Assembly (NCBI GenBank): GCA_963748615.1
Contig: CAVVJQ010000003.1
Span: 304,599 to 368,598 of the forward strand
Length of the DNA: 64,000 nucleotides
From: an uncultured Thermoplasmata archaeon
GTDB taxonomy: Archaea; Thermoplasmatota; Thermoplasmata; UBA10834
Direction of reading: 5' to 3'
Positions 1-10,390 of this stretch are shown piece after piece (position 1 is the first letter of the stretch; every line of letters starts with the position of its first letter). The notes beneath the pieces were generated by a model. That model made no database searches and had not been told where the DNA came from. It saw only the letters and a list, made by a program, of their open reading frames with translations. The position numbers and the translations under genes were made by a program.

Positions 1-121
1 CCCGTCTGGTTGAAGCCGAAACGCCCGAGAACGCAGTCGCGCTCGCGATGAGCGCGATCTCTCCGAAAGAGTAATGTAAATCGCGTAAGCTTATTATCAT
101 CACCGAGGAGGTGAATTCTGC

Positions 122-1009
122 GTGCCAACATCGATAGTATCCGTGGTCCATAATCCAGACAGGAGCATCGCCCTCAAGAAGGCCGTGGAAACCATGGGCA
201 TGCCCGACATCAATGGCAAGCGCGTCCTCATAAAACCAAACTTCAACACGGCTGATCCAACGCCTGGGTCCACCCACAACGACACGCTCAGATCGATGGT
301 AGAGCTGATAATGAAGCGCAACCCAGCAGGATTGGATGTGGGTGATAGGAGCGGACCCGCAGATACCACGAAGGTGTTCCAGGATAAAGGCGTCTTCGAC
401 CTCGCAGAGAAGATGGGGTTCGGTTGTGTCATCTTCGATAAAATGCCGAAGGACAGATGGATGAAGATTAAACCACCAGGTAGCCATTGGAGGAACGGAT
501 TCCTCTTTGCCAGACCCGTTCTGGAAGCAGATGCGGTGATTGGCCTATGTTGCCTTAAGACCCATCAGTATGGTGGCCACTTCACGATGGCACTCAAGCT
601 CACCACGGGCATGGTGCACGGAAGCAACATGACCGAGCTTCACACCGCCCTGATCAACCAGAGGAATATGATAGCCGAGATGAACGTGGCGTACAAGCCT
701 GCACTGCTGGTCATGGATGGCATCGAGGCATTCTATGAGGGTGGACCGGTCACGGGCAAGAGATGGTCAGCCAATCTCACATTCGCATCAACGGACAGGA
801 TAGCGATGGATGCGGTCGGTGTGGCGGCCCTGAAAATGCACGGCACCACGAGGAAGATAGAGAGCAGGTCGGTCTTCGAGCAGGACCAAATCAAGAGGGC
901 GGTCGAACTCGGCCTCGGAGTGACGAACCCGGACGACATAGAACTCGCACCTGCCGACGAGGAATCGGAAGAGATGGTCGAGAAGATACAGCCGTTCCTT
1001 TTCAGATGA
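122..1009 (+). CDS. DUF362-domain protein (putative Fe-S cluster-binding)
   Basis: 295-aa ORF. The N-terminal pattern ...GKRVLIKPNF... and overall architecture are typical of the DUF362 family. Confidence 0.65.
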   Translation: MPTSIVSVVHNPDRSIALKKAVETMGMPDINGKRVLIKPNFNTADPTPGSTHNDTLRSMVELIMKRNPAGLDVGDRSGPADTTKVFQDKGVFDLAEKMGFGCVIFDKMPKDRWMKIKPPGSHWRNGFLFARPVLEADAVIGLCCLKTHQYGGHFTMALKLTTGMVHGSNMTELHTALINQRNMIAEMNVAYKPALLVMDGIEAFYEGGPVTGKRWSANLTFASTDRIAMDAVGVAALKMHGTTRKIESRSVFEQDQIKRAVELGLGVTNPDDIELAPADEESEEMVEKIQPFLFR

Positions 1010-1026
1010 TCGTAATCGGATATGGC

Positions 1027-1320
1027 TCATGGAGCGGGTCGTGTCTCTGCATCGAAACGGCGCTTCATCACGACTATGGTCGCTGTGAGAGCACAACCCG
1101 TTATGTTCGCAATGATTATCGCAATGTCGTTCATGTGTATGCCATATAGCAACCACAGGAACATTCCCATGCCGAGTATCGCAGGCATCAGAAAGGAGAC
1201 ATCATCCATCTTCCTGGAACGCCAACCTTTGACAATCTGCGGAACATAACCCGATGAGGTCATGGCACCAGCGAGAATACCGAGAACCGTCCAAGCTTCC
1301 ATGATACCAGTGAAGGGCAT
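1027..1320 (-). CDS. SemiSWEET-like PQ-loop membrane protein
   Basis: 97-aa protein with three predicted TM helices and a PQ motif (VPQIVKGW). The size matches single-PQ-loop SemiSWEET transporters. Confidence 0.55.
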   Translation of the reverse strand: MPFTGIMEAWTVLGILAGAMTSSGYVPQIVKGWRSRKMDDVSFLMPAILGMGMFLWLLYGIHMNDIAIIIANITGCALTATIVVMKRRFDAETRPAP

Positions 1321-1415
1321 AAGCGGTAATTCCTATTTTTCATGGAATAGACCAAACGGTCGTCCATCATCAACTGTAAGTATAGGTACCCCATAATCGA
1401 CGTGAAAGAAGGTGT

Positions 1416-2138
1416 ATGACAATGCCCGCGGTAGAAGTGAAGAACCTGGATAAGAACTATGGTTCATTCAGAGGAGTCAAAGGCATCTCATTCGAAGTGG
1501 AAGACAGGGAGGTCTTCGGACTCATCGGTCCCAACGGGGCTGGGAAGACGACCACGCTGAGAGTGATCGCCACGCTCCTGGAGATATCCGGAGGCTCCGT
1601 GAACGTATTCGGGCACGACCTGGCAAAGGAACCCCACGAGGTGCGCAAGATACTGAGTTACTTGCCGGAGGATGCGGGCGCCTACAAGAACCTCACGGGC
1701 AGAGACTACCTCAGGTTCATCGCCAATTTCTTCGGGAGCGGTCAGACGGCCAAGGATATCGTCTCTAGAGGGATCGAGATAGCCAACCTCGGGGATCGCA
1801 TCGACGACAAGGTGAACACCTACAGCAAGGGCATGACCAGGAGATTGCTCGTGGGAAGGGCACTCATGACGAATCCGAGACTTGCGATACTGGATGAACT
1901 CACATCAGGTCTGGATGTCGTCAATGCGCAGGAGATAAGGAAGATAGTCAAGGACATTGCCAGGAAGGGTACCACCGTACTGCTGTCGTCCCACAACATG
2001 CTCGAGGTCGAGTACATGTGCGACAGGATCGCCTTAATCAACGATGGCGTCATAGTCGAGATGGGCACTCCTGCAGATCTGAAGAAGAAGTATGATGCAT
2101 CCAACATCGAGGACGTCTTCATGAGTGTGGTAGCATGA
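1416..2138 (+). CDS. ABC transporter ATP-binding protein
   Basis: Walker A motif GPNGAGKTT, an ABC signature-like YSKGMTRRL, a Walker B motif ILDELTSGLD and an H-loop. Confidence 0.9.
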   Translation: MTMPAVEVKNLDKNYGSFRGVKGISFEVEDREVFGLIGPNGAGKTTTLRVIATLLEISGGSVNVFGHDLAKEPHEVRKILSYLPEDAGAYKNLTGRDYLRFIANFFGSGQTAKDIVSRGIEIANLGDRIDDKVNTYSKGMTRRLLVGRALMTNPRLAILDELTSGLDVVNAQEIRKIVKDIARKGTTVLLSSHNMLEVEYMCDRIALINDGVIVEMGTPADLKKKYDASNIEDVFMSVVA

Positions 2139-3412
2139 AGGCTCTGACAAACATAATCAGGAAAGAGATCAAGGAGATGCTAACGAAATCCACGATCCTC
2201 CCGATCATAATACTGGCGATGTTATTCGGCTATCTCGGAAACATGATGAGCGGGGTCCAGGATGAGGCGACCTCAGAGCCGGTCATTGCCGTTGTGGATC
2301 TGGACGATGGCGTGCTCTCGGACATCACTCTGACCGTGCTGTCCAAAGGAGCTGGCATAGTCTACAACGGGACGGATATCGATGAAGGTTTGGCGATAGC
2401 CAAGGAAGAAGGCGCCACCGCACTCCTGGTCATACCGTCTAATTTCACTGAGAATATATCCAACGGGACCGTTGGAACGATCGAGATATTCTGGATAATG
2501 AAAGGTGCGGGACTTCTGGATTCCATATCTTCGATCTCGGTGCAGAACCTGATCTACAGTGTCGAATCAGGCATATCGGCATATATGATCGAGACAGGGT
2601 CATCCAGCGATCCCTCATTGGTCCTCAATCCAACTACCACGACGGACACTACATTATTCAGGGACAAGGAGATGGACGGTATCTCACCCAGCACTCTCGA
2701 TGCAATCATCTCGTCTCAATCACTGACCGTCCCGTTGATCATCATGATGATCATCATGATGGCTGGAGGGACAGTAATCAGCTCCATGGGTATGGAGAAA
2801 GAGAGCAAGACGCTCGAGACGCTCCTGACACTTCCAGTCAAGCGCAGTTCCATAGTCACAGGGAAACTGGTGGCCAGCGCGATGATCGGGCTCCTGATGG
2901 CCGGAATATACATGCTTGGATTCAATTACTACATGACATCGTTCTCCGCAGGTGTTGATATCGATCTCGCGGAATACGGGCTCGCCCTGAACGCTCTGGA
3001 TTATGTCCTGATATGCGTGTCGCTCTTCGTGAGTCTATTGGCGGCGCTGTCACTATGCATGGTGCTAGGTACTTTCACGCGGGATTACAAATCCGCGCAA
3101 ACTCTGACCGCCCCCGTGGCCATACTCGCGATGATCCCGATGTTCATCACGATGTTCAAGGACTACAACACATTGCCCTTGGCCGCTCAAGCCCTCCTGT
3201 TCGCGATACCATTCTCCCATCCGATGATGGCTATGAGAAGCTTGATGTTCGACGACTATGTCCTGGTGATATCCGGCATCATCTACGTCACGATATTCGC
3301 AGTGGTGATGATAGCGACCGCGGTCTGGATCTTCAGGACGGATAGATTGTTGACGGGCAGCAGGAAGAGGAACTCTCGCATGTTTCCAGTCATGCGACTA
3401 CTGAAGAGATGA
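2135..3412 (+). CDS. ABC-2 type transporter permease
   Basis: Overlaps the upstream ATPase gene by 4 bp. 425 aa with a large extracytoplasmic loop after TM1 and multiple C-terminal TM helices. Confidence 0.7.
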   Translation: MKALTNIIRKEIKEMLTKSTILPIIILAMLFGYLGNMMSGVQDEATSEPVIAVVDLDDGVLSDITLTVLSKGAGIVYNGTDIDEGLAIAKEEGATALLVIPSNFTENISNGTVGTIEIFWIMKGAGLLDSISSISVQNLIYSVESGISAYMIETGSSSDPSLVLNPTTTTDTTLFRDKEMDGISPSTLDAIISSQSLTVPLIIMMIIMMAGGTVISSMGMEKESKTLETLLTLPVKRSSIVTGKLVASAMIGLLMAGIYMLGFNYYMTSFSAGVDIDLAEYGLALNALDYVLICVSLFVSLLAALSLCMVLGTFTRDYKSAQTLTAPVAILAMIPMFITMFKDYNTLPLAAQALLFAIPFSHPMMAMRSLMFDDYVLVISGIIYVTIFAVVMIATAVWIFRTDRLLTGSRKRNSRMFPVMRLLKR

Positions 3413-3467
3413 CCCCATCACCAGATTGAAAAGCTTTATCAGATGACTACGTCATCAAGACGGAGTC

Positions 3468-4721
3468 ATGCTATCTGAGATCTGGGCCGAGATATCCAAT
3501 GACCTGTGGTTCCAGGTCGCCATGCTGCTAGCGATTGCGATTGCGTCCAGCATGATATTCGTCAGAGTAGGGCTTCCGAAGACTGTGGGACAGATAGCAA
3601 TCGGCATCATAATCGGCCCCAGCGTACTCAACCTCATCACCATCTCGGTGAACGGGACGGACGGAGCAGGCAATACAGACATAATCACCCTATTGGCCAC
3701 CTTTGGCGCAACCGTCATGCTGTTCGTCATAGGATTGGAATGCGACTTCGGTGAGATCTACACGAAGAAGAACATATCCATCGCGATCGGCGGCATAACC
3801 CTCCCGTGGATAGGAGGGTTCGTGCTCGCATCCACACTCCTCCCAGGAGCGAACTTCGCGCAGTCCATCTTCGTCGGAACCGCCCTCGTCGCTACGAGCG
3901 TCGCAATCACCGGAGGCGTCCTGAGGGAGATGGGCATCATATCATCGAAGATGGCAAAGACCATACTCGGCGCGGCGGTCGTTGACGACGTGCTGGGGAT
4001 GATTGTACTCGCCATCTCCATCGGGGTCGGGACCGGTAGCGGTATCGATGTCTCAGATGTAGCGTTGATATCCATAGCAGCGATATTGTTCGTTGTTGGT
4101 GGCACTTTCGTTGGTTCTAGGATAATAGTGAAGATAATCGGCATGACTGAACGGCAGGGGCTCAAGCACGGCATACCCGAGAGCGGGTTCATTCTAGCGC
4201 TCTCATTCGCGTTCATTTACGCCTTCGTCTCCAACCAGATAGGCATCTCGGCTATCGTTGGAGCGTTTGTCGCGGGCACGAGTTTTTCGAGATGCGAGTA
4301 CAGGAAACAATTCAGGGAAGGAATCGTCTTCTTGGAATGGGCATTCGCACCGATCTTCTTCATATCGCTCGGGGTGCTCGTCGACATCAGGCTGCCTCTG
4401 GACATCTGGATTTTTGCGATCGCCCTAGCGGGAGTCGCGATCCTCACAAAAGTCGCGGGAAGTGCGATCCCCGCAAGGATATTCGGAATGACAAAGACCG
4501 AATCAGTGGCAATAGGTCTTGGCATGGCAGCCAGACTGGAAGTTGCCATGATCATTGCGCTCTATGGCTTGAATGAGGGCATCATAGACAATACGATCTA
4601 CTCGGTCATCGTGCTCATGGGAGTCATAAGCGTGCTCATCGCGCCAACCTTGCTGAGAAGAATCATGAAGAAGCTCCCAGTAACCAATGCCTCAAATGTA
4701 GTGGAGACCTGCGACATCTAG
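3468..4721 (+). CDS. cation:proton antiporter (CPA family Na+/H+ or K+/H+ exchanger)
   Basis: 417-aa polytopic membrane protein whose N-terminal and internal segments resemble the Kef/NhaP-type exchanger core. Confidence 0.75.
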   Translation: MLSEIWAEISNDLWFQVAMLLAIAIASSMIFVRVGLPKTVGQIAIGIIIGPSVLNLITISVNGTDGAGNTDIITLLATFGATVMLFVIGLECDFGEIYTKKNISIAIGGITLPWIGGFVLASTLLPGANFAQSIFVGTALVATSVAITGGVLREMGIISSKMAKTILGAAVVDDVLGMIVLAISIGVGTGSGIDVSDVALISIAAILFVVGGTFVGSRIIVKIIGMTERQGLKHGIPESGFILALSFAFIYAFVSNQIGISAIVGAFVAGTSFSRCEYRKQFREGIVFLEWAFAPIFFISLGVLVDIRLPLDIWIFAIALAGVAILTKVAGSAIPARIFGMTKTESVAIGLGMAARLEVAMIIALYGLNEGIIDNTIYSVIVLMGVISVLIAPTLLRRIMKKLPVTNASNVVETCDI

Positions 4722-5046
4722 ACCCAGATATCGATCTCAGAGCTAGACTTGAGAGATGAAATGCTTCGCAATTCTAGCGTGGCACCATATCGCTCATCGG
4801 GGCATATGGAGTGCACCATAGAAATTCCATGCACGCATCGATGGAATTCATGAGGAAATCAGACAGTCATCGCTTGACCCGCCTTCGCCTGCTGTTGATG
4901 GATACATAAGCGCATTTGTTTTGGTAGCAAAAGAGATGAGAATAGGCTATTGCTTTTCACATTGGGTTTATATAGCATATTTCCTTTTCGAACGTAATGC
5001 ACCTAGTACTGACTCGGTGCCAACCGTGAGGGGGAATTGGACAATT

Positions 5047-7686
5047 ATGAGAGCTAGATATAGTGTGAAGAGAGCAGCAGCTATTCTGACATTCTTATTC
5101 GCGTTCGTACTCGTCGGGACCTCGCTCGGAGCGCTCAGCCTATTCGAGAACGCGTCTGCGGAAGACCTGCTGGGAATTGATGTTGACCGAACTTTCACTG
5201 TCGGCGTGGTGGACATGTCGATCTCCACGCTGAATCCGAACACATATGTGACTAGCAGCGAGGAAATGGTCATCGTCTCATGCTACAGCTCGTTGCTGCA
5301 ATACGATGAGGGCGGCAATGTGATAGGAGACCTTGCGAGGACTTGGACAACGGACCAGGACGGCCTCGTATGGCACTTCGACCTTGTGGATACGGCGTAC
5401 TTCTGCGACCCAATGGAACCGATTTCAAAAAACCACCAAGTCACTGCTGAAGATGTCATCTTCACATATGATAGCATCCAAGATGATGCCACCAGTCGAT
5501 TGCATTACGCTCTTCCGGACATCATTTCGGACATCTATTCTGAAGGGCAGTTCAGCGTGACAATTGAGCTCAGTCATCCATTCGCGGCGTTCCAGGATTC
5601 GCTCATCAATATCCCTATACTTCCCAAGTATGTCTGGGAAGGCGAGGACCTGACGAATTTTGACAACCTGCCGATGATTGGATCCGGGCCGTTCTACTAC
5701 GCAACTACGGGACTCCCTGACTCAGGCATCGTCGAGCTCAGAAAGAATCCCATCTGGCACATGACCGAAGAGCATGGATGGTCCATCAGGGTCGACAGAT
5801 GGCTCATCATAAACGAATTGGATACTAGCACGGCTTGGCTAGATGTATCACATGGCAACATAGATTGCATGTTGGATGTCCCAGGCAATGTATTCACATC
5901 CACACTTCCGATGCCGGAAGTCATAGGATTTCACCAGTCTGGAGGGTTTGTGTATGAGTTCAACCTCAACCAGATGACTGATGACATTAGAGAAGGTCTC
6001 GGAGGTCCCTTCAACGCAGGGACTAGTAACCAGCTGCTGCTTGACAGCACGGTCAAGATGGCTATTGCGATGAGTGTCGACAAGGACGCTTTTGTTCAAG
6101 AAGTGATAGATGGTTTGGGAGAGCCGGCGGATTCACTTATTCCTCATGCCAACCCATGGCACTTTGATTATCCAGACCCGATTCAATTCGACCCACTAGC
6201 AGCCAGGGAGATGCTGATGGACGCTGGATGGCGCTATGATATCACCGGAAACCAAGCATCCGAGAACACGGTTCCGTTATGCAAAGCTGGCGGGACGGAT
6301 CCCCTCTCGTTCAGGTTCTATACACTAAACACGGCCGTGCAATGGCAGATAGGTGCAGAGCTAATATTGAACTGGTGCCGCGAGACTGGGGTAGATCTCG
6401 ATCTGACATTCCTGAGCATTAACGAGATGAACACCGTGTGGAATTCCGCAGACTACGATCTTTGGTTGTGGGATTGGGTGTTCGATCCGCTCGGAGACCC
6501 ATCGATGAGCATACTCGAAGTGCTCACGACGGAAGCAATCGGTACCGACAGCGACGTGTTCTACTCCGACTCGACCTATGACGCACTTTACGAAGAGTCT
6601 CTCGTGACAATGGATCCTGTTCTCCGTGCACAGATAATCGATGAGATGCAGACAATGGCCTATGAAGACATGGGTTGCCAATGCATCGCCTACAGAGAAG
6701 ACCTGTACGCGTTCAACACTCAGCATTGGGAGAACTTCGGTGATCTGGACTCGAAGTATATGATGCGGCCTGATGTTTCCAACCTTTGGATATCCTTGAG
6801 CATGAGCCCTGTGGAAAACGCGGCACCCCATATCTATGTGCATTCGGATAACGTCGTCGCAGAGGTTGGCGAGGAAGTGGCCCTCTTCGTAGCCGCGACG
6901 GACGATGACGCTTCGACAGTGCTCGAATACAGATGGTTCTGGGGCGATGGCACTTCCAGCGATTGGAGCTATTCACCCACTGCCTCGCACACATATCTGA
7001 AGAACGGGGTGTATACCGCTGACATCGCAGTGAGAGAGGCATCCTCATCTAATGGGTATGACGACCACTTCGTCACGACCGCTGACCTGACTTTGGCCAT
7101 ATACGATTTCTCCAACGAAGCGCCTGTCATTCTCAGCATAATGTACAGCCCATTGGACCCGGATACATCCAATAGCGTCATGTTCTCTGCAGATGTCTAC
7201 GATTCAGAAGGAGATCCGTTGGAGTACTCGTGGAACTTCGGAGATGGCACTGGGGCGAAGGGACTGAGCGTGACACATGTGTTCCAGGAAGCTTCTGCAT
7301 ATCTTGTGACGCTGTCGGTGACCGACAATATGCTCGGAATCGGAACGAGACCTGCAACATGCTCGGTCCTCGTTATGATCGACTCGAACTTGCCTCCATC
7401 GTTATCGGTGCCTGATTTCGATCCGATAGCGCCCAAGACAGAGACGGAGTTCCATGTGTACGCGAGCGACCCAGATGGGGACCAGCTTATGTTCGTGTGG
7501 GACTGGGGAGATGGCACTTCGACTGAGACATATGAACCGTTTGCGACCCATTCGTACAACCGCGGCGGAACCTATGTCATCAATGTGATGGTCACGGATC
7601 TCACAGGCCTGTCAGGGCATGAGGTACGAGATACCGGAACGGTCTATGTGTACAGCGGCCAATCGAAACACGGCGGCACAAAGTGA
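5047..7686 (+). CDS. secreted family-5 solute-binding protein (Opp/Dpp-like) fused to C-terminal PKD domains
   Basis: Signal peptide MRARYSVKRAAAILTFLFAFVLVGTSLGALS. An SBP_bac_5-like domain is followed by at least 4 PKD repeats with WxFGDG/WxWGDG motifs (WFWGDGTSS, WNFGDGTGA, WDWGDGTST). A TATA-like tttatata lies about 70 nt upstream. The in-frame stretch upstream of 5047 has no signal-peptide logic. Confidence 0.75.
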   Translation: MRARYSVKRAAAILTFLFAFVLVGTSLGALSLFENASAEDLLGIDVDRTFTVGVVDMSISTLNPNTYVTSSEEMVIVSCYSSLLQYDEGGNVIGDLARTWTTDQDGLVWHFDLVDTAYFCDPMEPISKNHQVTAEDVIFTYDSIQDDATSRLHYALPDIISDIYSEGQFSVTIELSHPFAAFQDSLINIPILPKYVWEGEDLTNFDNLPMIGSGPFYYATTGLPDSGIVELRKNPIWHMTEEHGWSIRVDRWLIINELDTSTAWLDVSHGNIDCMLDVPGNVFTSTLPMPEVIGFHQSGGFVYEFNLNQMTDDIREGLGGPFNAGTSNQLLLDSTVKMAIAMSVDKDAFVQEVIDGLGEPADSLIPHANPWHFDYPDPIQFDPLAAREMLMDAGWRYDITGNQASENTVPLCKAGGTDPLSFRFYTLNTAVQWQIGAELILNWCRETGVDLDLTFLSINEMNTVWNSADYDLWLWDWVFDPLGDPSMSILEVLTTEAIGTDSDVFYSDSTYDALYEESLVTMDPVLRAQIIDEMQTMAYEDMGCQCIAYREDLYAFNTQHWENFGDLDSKYMMRPDVSNLWISLSMSPVENAAPHIYVHSDNVVAEVGEEVALFVAATDDDASTVLEYRWFWGDGTSSDWSYSPTASHTYLKNGVYTADIAVREASSSNGYDDHFVTTADLTLAIYDFSNEAPVILSIMYSPLDPDTSNSVMFSADVYDSEGDPLEYSWNFGDGTGAKGLSVTHVFQEASAYLVTLSVTDNMLGIGTRPATCSVLVMIDSNLPPSLSVPDFDPIAPKTETEFHVYASDPDGDQLMFVWDWGDGTSTETYEPFATHSYNRGGTYVINVMVTDLTGLSGHEVRDTGTVYVYSGQSKHGGTK

Positions 7687-7757
7687 CGAGGAGCCAGCAC
7701 CGAGACGCAAGAACCGTGTCCTCCGAAAAGACGTCTCATTAAGGGGCTGAGAAATGA

Positions 7758-7800
7758 GGGGGCCATAGCCCCCAACAAACCTCTTTTTCTCATTTTAACA
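7758..7800 (+). terminator. GC hairpin plus T-tract terminator downstream of the SBP-PKD gene
   Basis: gggggc-cata-gccccc is a perfect 6-bp GC stem. It is followed by aacaaacctctttttctcatttt. Confidence 0.5.
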
Positions 7801-7952
7801 TAAGACGAAAAGGGCGATGACCGCCAACCATCTGAACGCTCTCCTCGGAGTCATGACTGTCTTCGAAAATCCAAACGCATCATGTACAATGGAATGTGGG
7901 TAATGGGAATCGGGTACCACTTGGCAATCTCAGACGGTTGTGTCCTTGATCA

Positions 7953-8486
7953 TCATTTCGTGACATATCCTAATGGAAGAATCTTTGGCCCACTCCATTC
8001 ATCACGAAGGATGCTGTACATCGCGGTGTCCCTATAAGCACCTCTACTGAAGAATGATTTGCGTATCAGTCCCTCCATAGTGAATCCTGCCTTCTCTAGG
8101 ACCCTCTGAGACGCCTTATTGTCCGGATGCGTCTCGGCCTGGACACGCACTACAGCCTTGTGAAGGAACAGGTAGTCCACTATCATCTGCACGACTTCGC
8201 TACCGTATCCCTTGCCGCGCTCGTCCTTGATCAGCATGTAGCCTATTCCAAGACAGTCCTTCGATTTGAAGTGGCCGACGTATCCGATCTTGGTCCCATC
8301 CTTCTTCTCGACCAAATACCACTGTCCATCACCCCTGCCATCGTGTTGCTTTTCGAGATCTTCCAGAGATACCTGATCGAACGGCTCGAACTCACCAACG
8401 AAATCCACATCGTTCATCCATTGCTTAATCAGCGAGAGATCGCTCTTCTCGACAAGTTCCAGGTTGATCTTGTGACCTTTCAGCAT
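7953..8486 (-). CDS. GNAT family N-acetyltransferase (RimL-like)
   Basis: Acetyl-CoA binding motif region ...RGKGYGSEVV...QRVLEKAGF. Start moved to the internal Met MLKGHKINLE because the upstream extension is atypical. Confidence 0.7.
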   Translation of the reverse strand: MLKGHKINLELVEKSDLSLIKQWMNDVDFVGEFEPFDQVSLEDLEKQHDGRGDGQWYLVEKKDGTKIGYVGHFKSKDCLGIGYMLIKDERGKGYGSEVVQMIVDYLFLHKAVVRVQAETHPDNKASQRVLEKAGFTMEGLIRKSFFSRGAYRDTAMYSILRDEWSGPKILPLGYVTK

Positions 8487-8638
8487 ATGAGCCCATGGCT
8501 CAATCACAATCCGGCCAGATGAACCTTTCCACCACCATGCGTTACTAGAAGTTCTCCGAGCATTCGAGAAGTCGGAAAAAGGTCCGAGTTTCAATCCCCT
8601 CGATTGACCAAAAAGACGACTATACTAGCGATGTGTTG

Positions 8639-8760
8639 GAGTGGACCGAAGGGGATTTGAACCCACATTTTCGACTGGCTCGGCTGAAAACGGTACATAG
8701 TCCTTCCAGAATGGCATCTCGGGAGGGAGCGGAAAACTTGGTGGCGACCCATGGATTACA
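8639..8760 (-). repeat. tRNA-like element A: exact copy of tRNA-Ala 3' end (positions ~51-73 plus 3-nt trailer) with a ~95-nt conserved arm
   Basis: Bases 8639-8664 (gagtggaccgaaggggatttgaaccc) are identical to 12104-12129. The extended sequence is homologous to element B (10391-10500). No 5' acceptor strand complementary to TCGGTCC could be found. Confidence 0.55.
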
Positions 8761-8862
8761 TGTCAGCCGAATAGTTTAAATGCCATCCTTCAATCGAACA
8801 GCCAGCAGCACCATCCGAGAGAGCGGCTCAACTCCGCACGAAGGGGTCTGCACGGTGATATC

Positions 8863-10215
8863 TTGAAGAAGACAGATGTTCTAGTTGTTGGAGGCGGGCC
8901 CGCTGGCAGCCTCGCGGCGATGACAGGAAAGGCAAGCTTCCCTGACAAGGAATTCATTATCATGAGCAACGAGACCCATTCCATGGTCCCGTGCGGAATA
9001 CCGTACATATTCGGTACCTTGAACGGGGTGGAGAAGAATCTTCTTCCCAGCGGGAGGTTCGCTAATGCAGGAATCGGACTCATCACGGGAGAGCTCACCT
9101 CGATTGACAAGGAAGCGCGCATCTGTGAGATGGCAGACGGGACCAAGATAGGTTACGATCGCCTTGTTCTCGCGCTTGGCTCATTCCCAGTCGTCCCGAA
9201 GTGGCTCAAACAGACGGACCTGAAGAACGTGCACGTGGTCAAGAAAGAGAAAGAACACTTAGATATGCTCTTCGAATCCCTGCAGGAACTGAAGAAGATC
9301 GTAATCGTTGGTGGAGGTTTCATTGGCGTGGAACTCGCCGACGAGCTTAACAAAGCAGGCAAGGATGTGACCGTCGTCGAGATACTCCCACACATACTGG
9401 GTCTGGCGTTTGACCAGGACATTGCGACGGAGATTGAGAAGATTATCACACAGAGAGGGGTCAAGCTCAGAACAAGCATGGGGACCAAACAGATTCTCGG
9501 CACGGATAAGGTAGAGGGTGTGCTGCTTGAGAATGATGAGAGGTTGGAAGCTGACGCCGTAATACTTGCAGTAGGATACAAACCGAATACAGCGGTTGCG
9601 GAACTCTCGAAGATATCACTCAACGAGATGGGGTTCATACGTGTGGATGAGTACATGCGCACCGAGGATTCCAACATCTATGCCGTTGGCGACTGCGCAG
9701 AGAAGCGAGACTTCTCGACCAGGAAAGTATCCGGTCTCATGCTAGCATCGACAGCGTCTACCGAGGCAAGGATAGCGGGCATGAACCTCTATGGACTCTC
9801 CGTCGTGAAGGCATTCAAGGGCACTATCGCGATATTCTCAACGGCCATTGGGGATCACGGATTCGGTTCGGCAGGTCTCACCGAGACCGTAGCCAAGCGA
9901 GAGGGATTTGAAATCGTCACGGGTGTATTCGATGGCGTCGACAAACATCCGAGCACACTTCCTGGAGTGCACAGGCAGCTGGTCAAACTGGTCGTTGCGA
10001 GGGACTCCGGCGCAATACTGGGCGGCGAAGTCCTATCCGGGACGAGCGCAGGGGAGATAGTCAACCTGATCGGTTTCATGATCCAGAACAGAATGACCGT
10101 CGACGCAGTCCTGAGCTCCCAGATAGGAACACATCCACTGCTTACGGCTCCACCCACTGCGTACCCTCTGATCAAGGCGGCCGAAAACGCTGCTAGGAAG
10201 ATACGCGGTCCTTGA
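8863..10215 (+). CDS. FAD-dependent pyridine nucleotide-disulfide oxidoreductase (NADH oxidase / CoA-disulfide reductase type)
   Basis: N-terminal FAD-binding motif VVGGGPAG, a single redox-active Cys motif SMVPCGIPY, and a second NAD(P)-binding fold GGGFIGVELA. TTG start. TATA-like tttaaat at ~8773. Confidence 0.8.
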   Translation: MKKTDVLVVGGGPAGSLAAMTGKASFPDKEFIIMSNETHSMVPCGIPYIFGTLNGVEKNLLPSGRFANAGIGLITGELTSIDKEARICEMADGTKIGYDRLVLALGSFPVVPKWLKQTDLKNVHVVKKEKEHLDMLFESLQELKKIVIVGGGFIGVELADELNKAGKDVTVVEILPHILGLAFDQDIATEIEKIITQRGVKLRTSMGTKQILGTDKVEGVLLENDERLEADAVILAVGYKPNTAVAELSKISLNEMGFIRVDEYMRTEDSNIYAVGDCAEKRDFSTRKVSGLMLASTASTEARIAGMNLYGLSVVKAFKGTIAIFSTAIGDHGFGSAGLTETVAKREGFEIVTGVFDGVDKHPSTLPGVHRQLVKLVVARDSGAILGGEVLSGTSAGEIVNLIGFMIQNRMTVDAVLSSQIGTHPLLTAPPTAYPLIKAAENAARKIRGP

Positions 10216-10390
10216 AGCGTTGCAGTTCACGAGATGCGACAAGATCATAGTCCGTTAGCATGCCAGTGCTGAGACTCGTGAGAAGTGATCTATACGATCC
10301 TATTTGGGTTCGCAGAGTACCGACAATCACTTACTCAATTCATCCAATCTAGTGCAGGTCCCCTAACAGCAGGGTTCCTCATCGAATAGT

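Noticed and set aside
4921-5046. Upstream 42 codons of the SBP-PKD ORF (MVAKEMRIGYCFSHW...)
   Set aside because: The signal peptide and a TATA-like element point to the start at 5047. The extension would bury the signal peptide internally.
8639-8760. Element A as a complete, functional tRNA gene
   Set aside because: Only positions ~49-73 fold convincingly. No 5' acceptor strand complementary to TCGGTCC and no D-arm could be found within 200 nt, even allowing a canonical intron. It is kept as a tRNA-derived repeat or unknown element.
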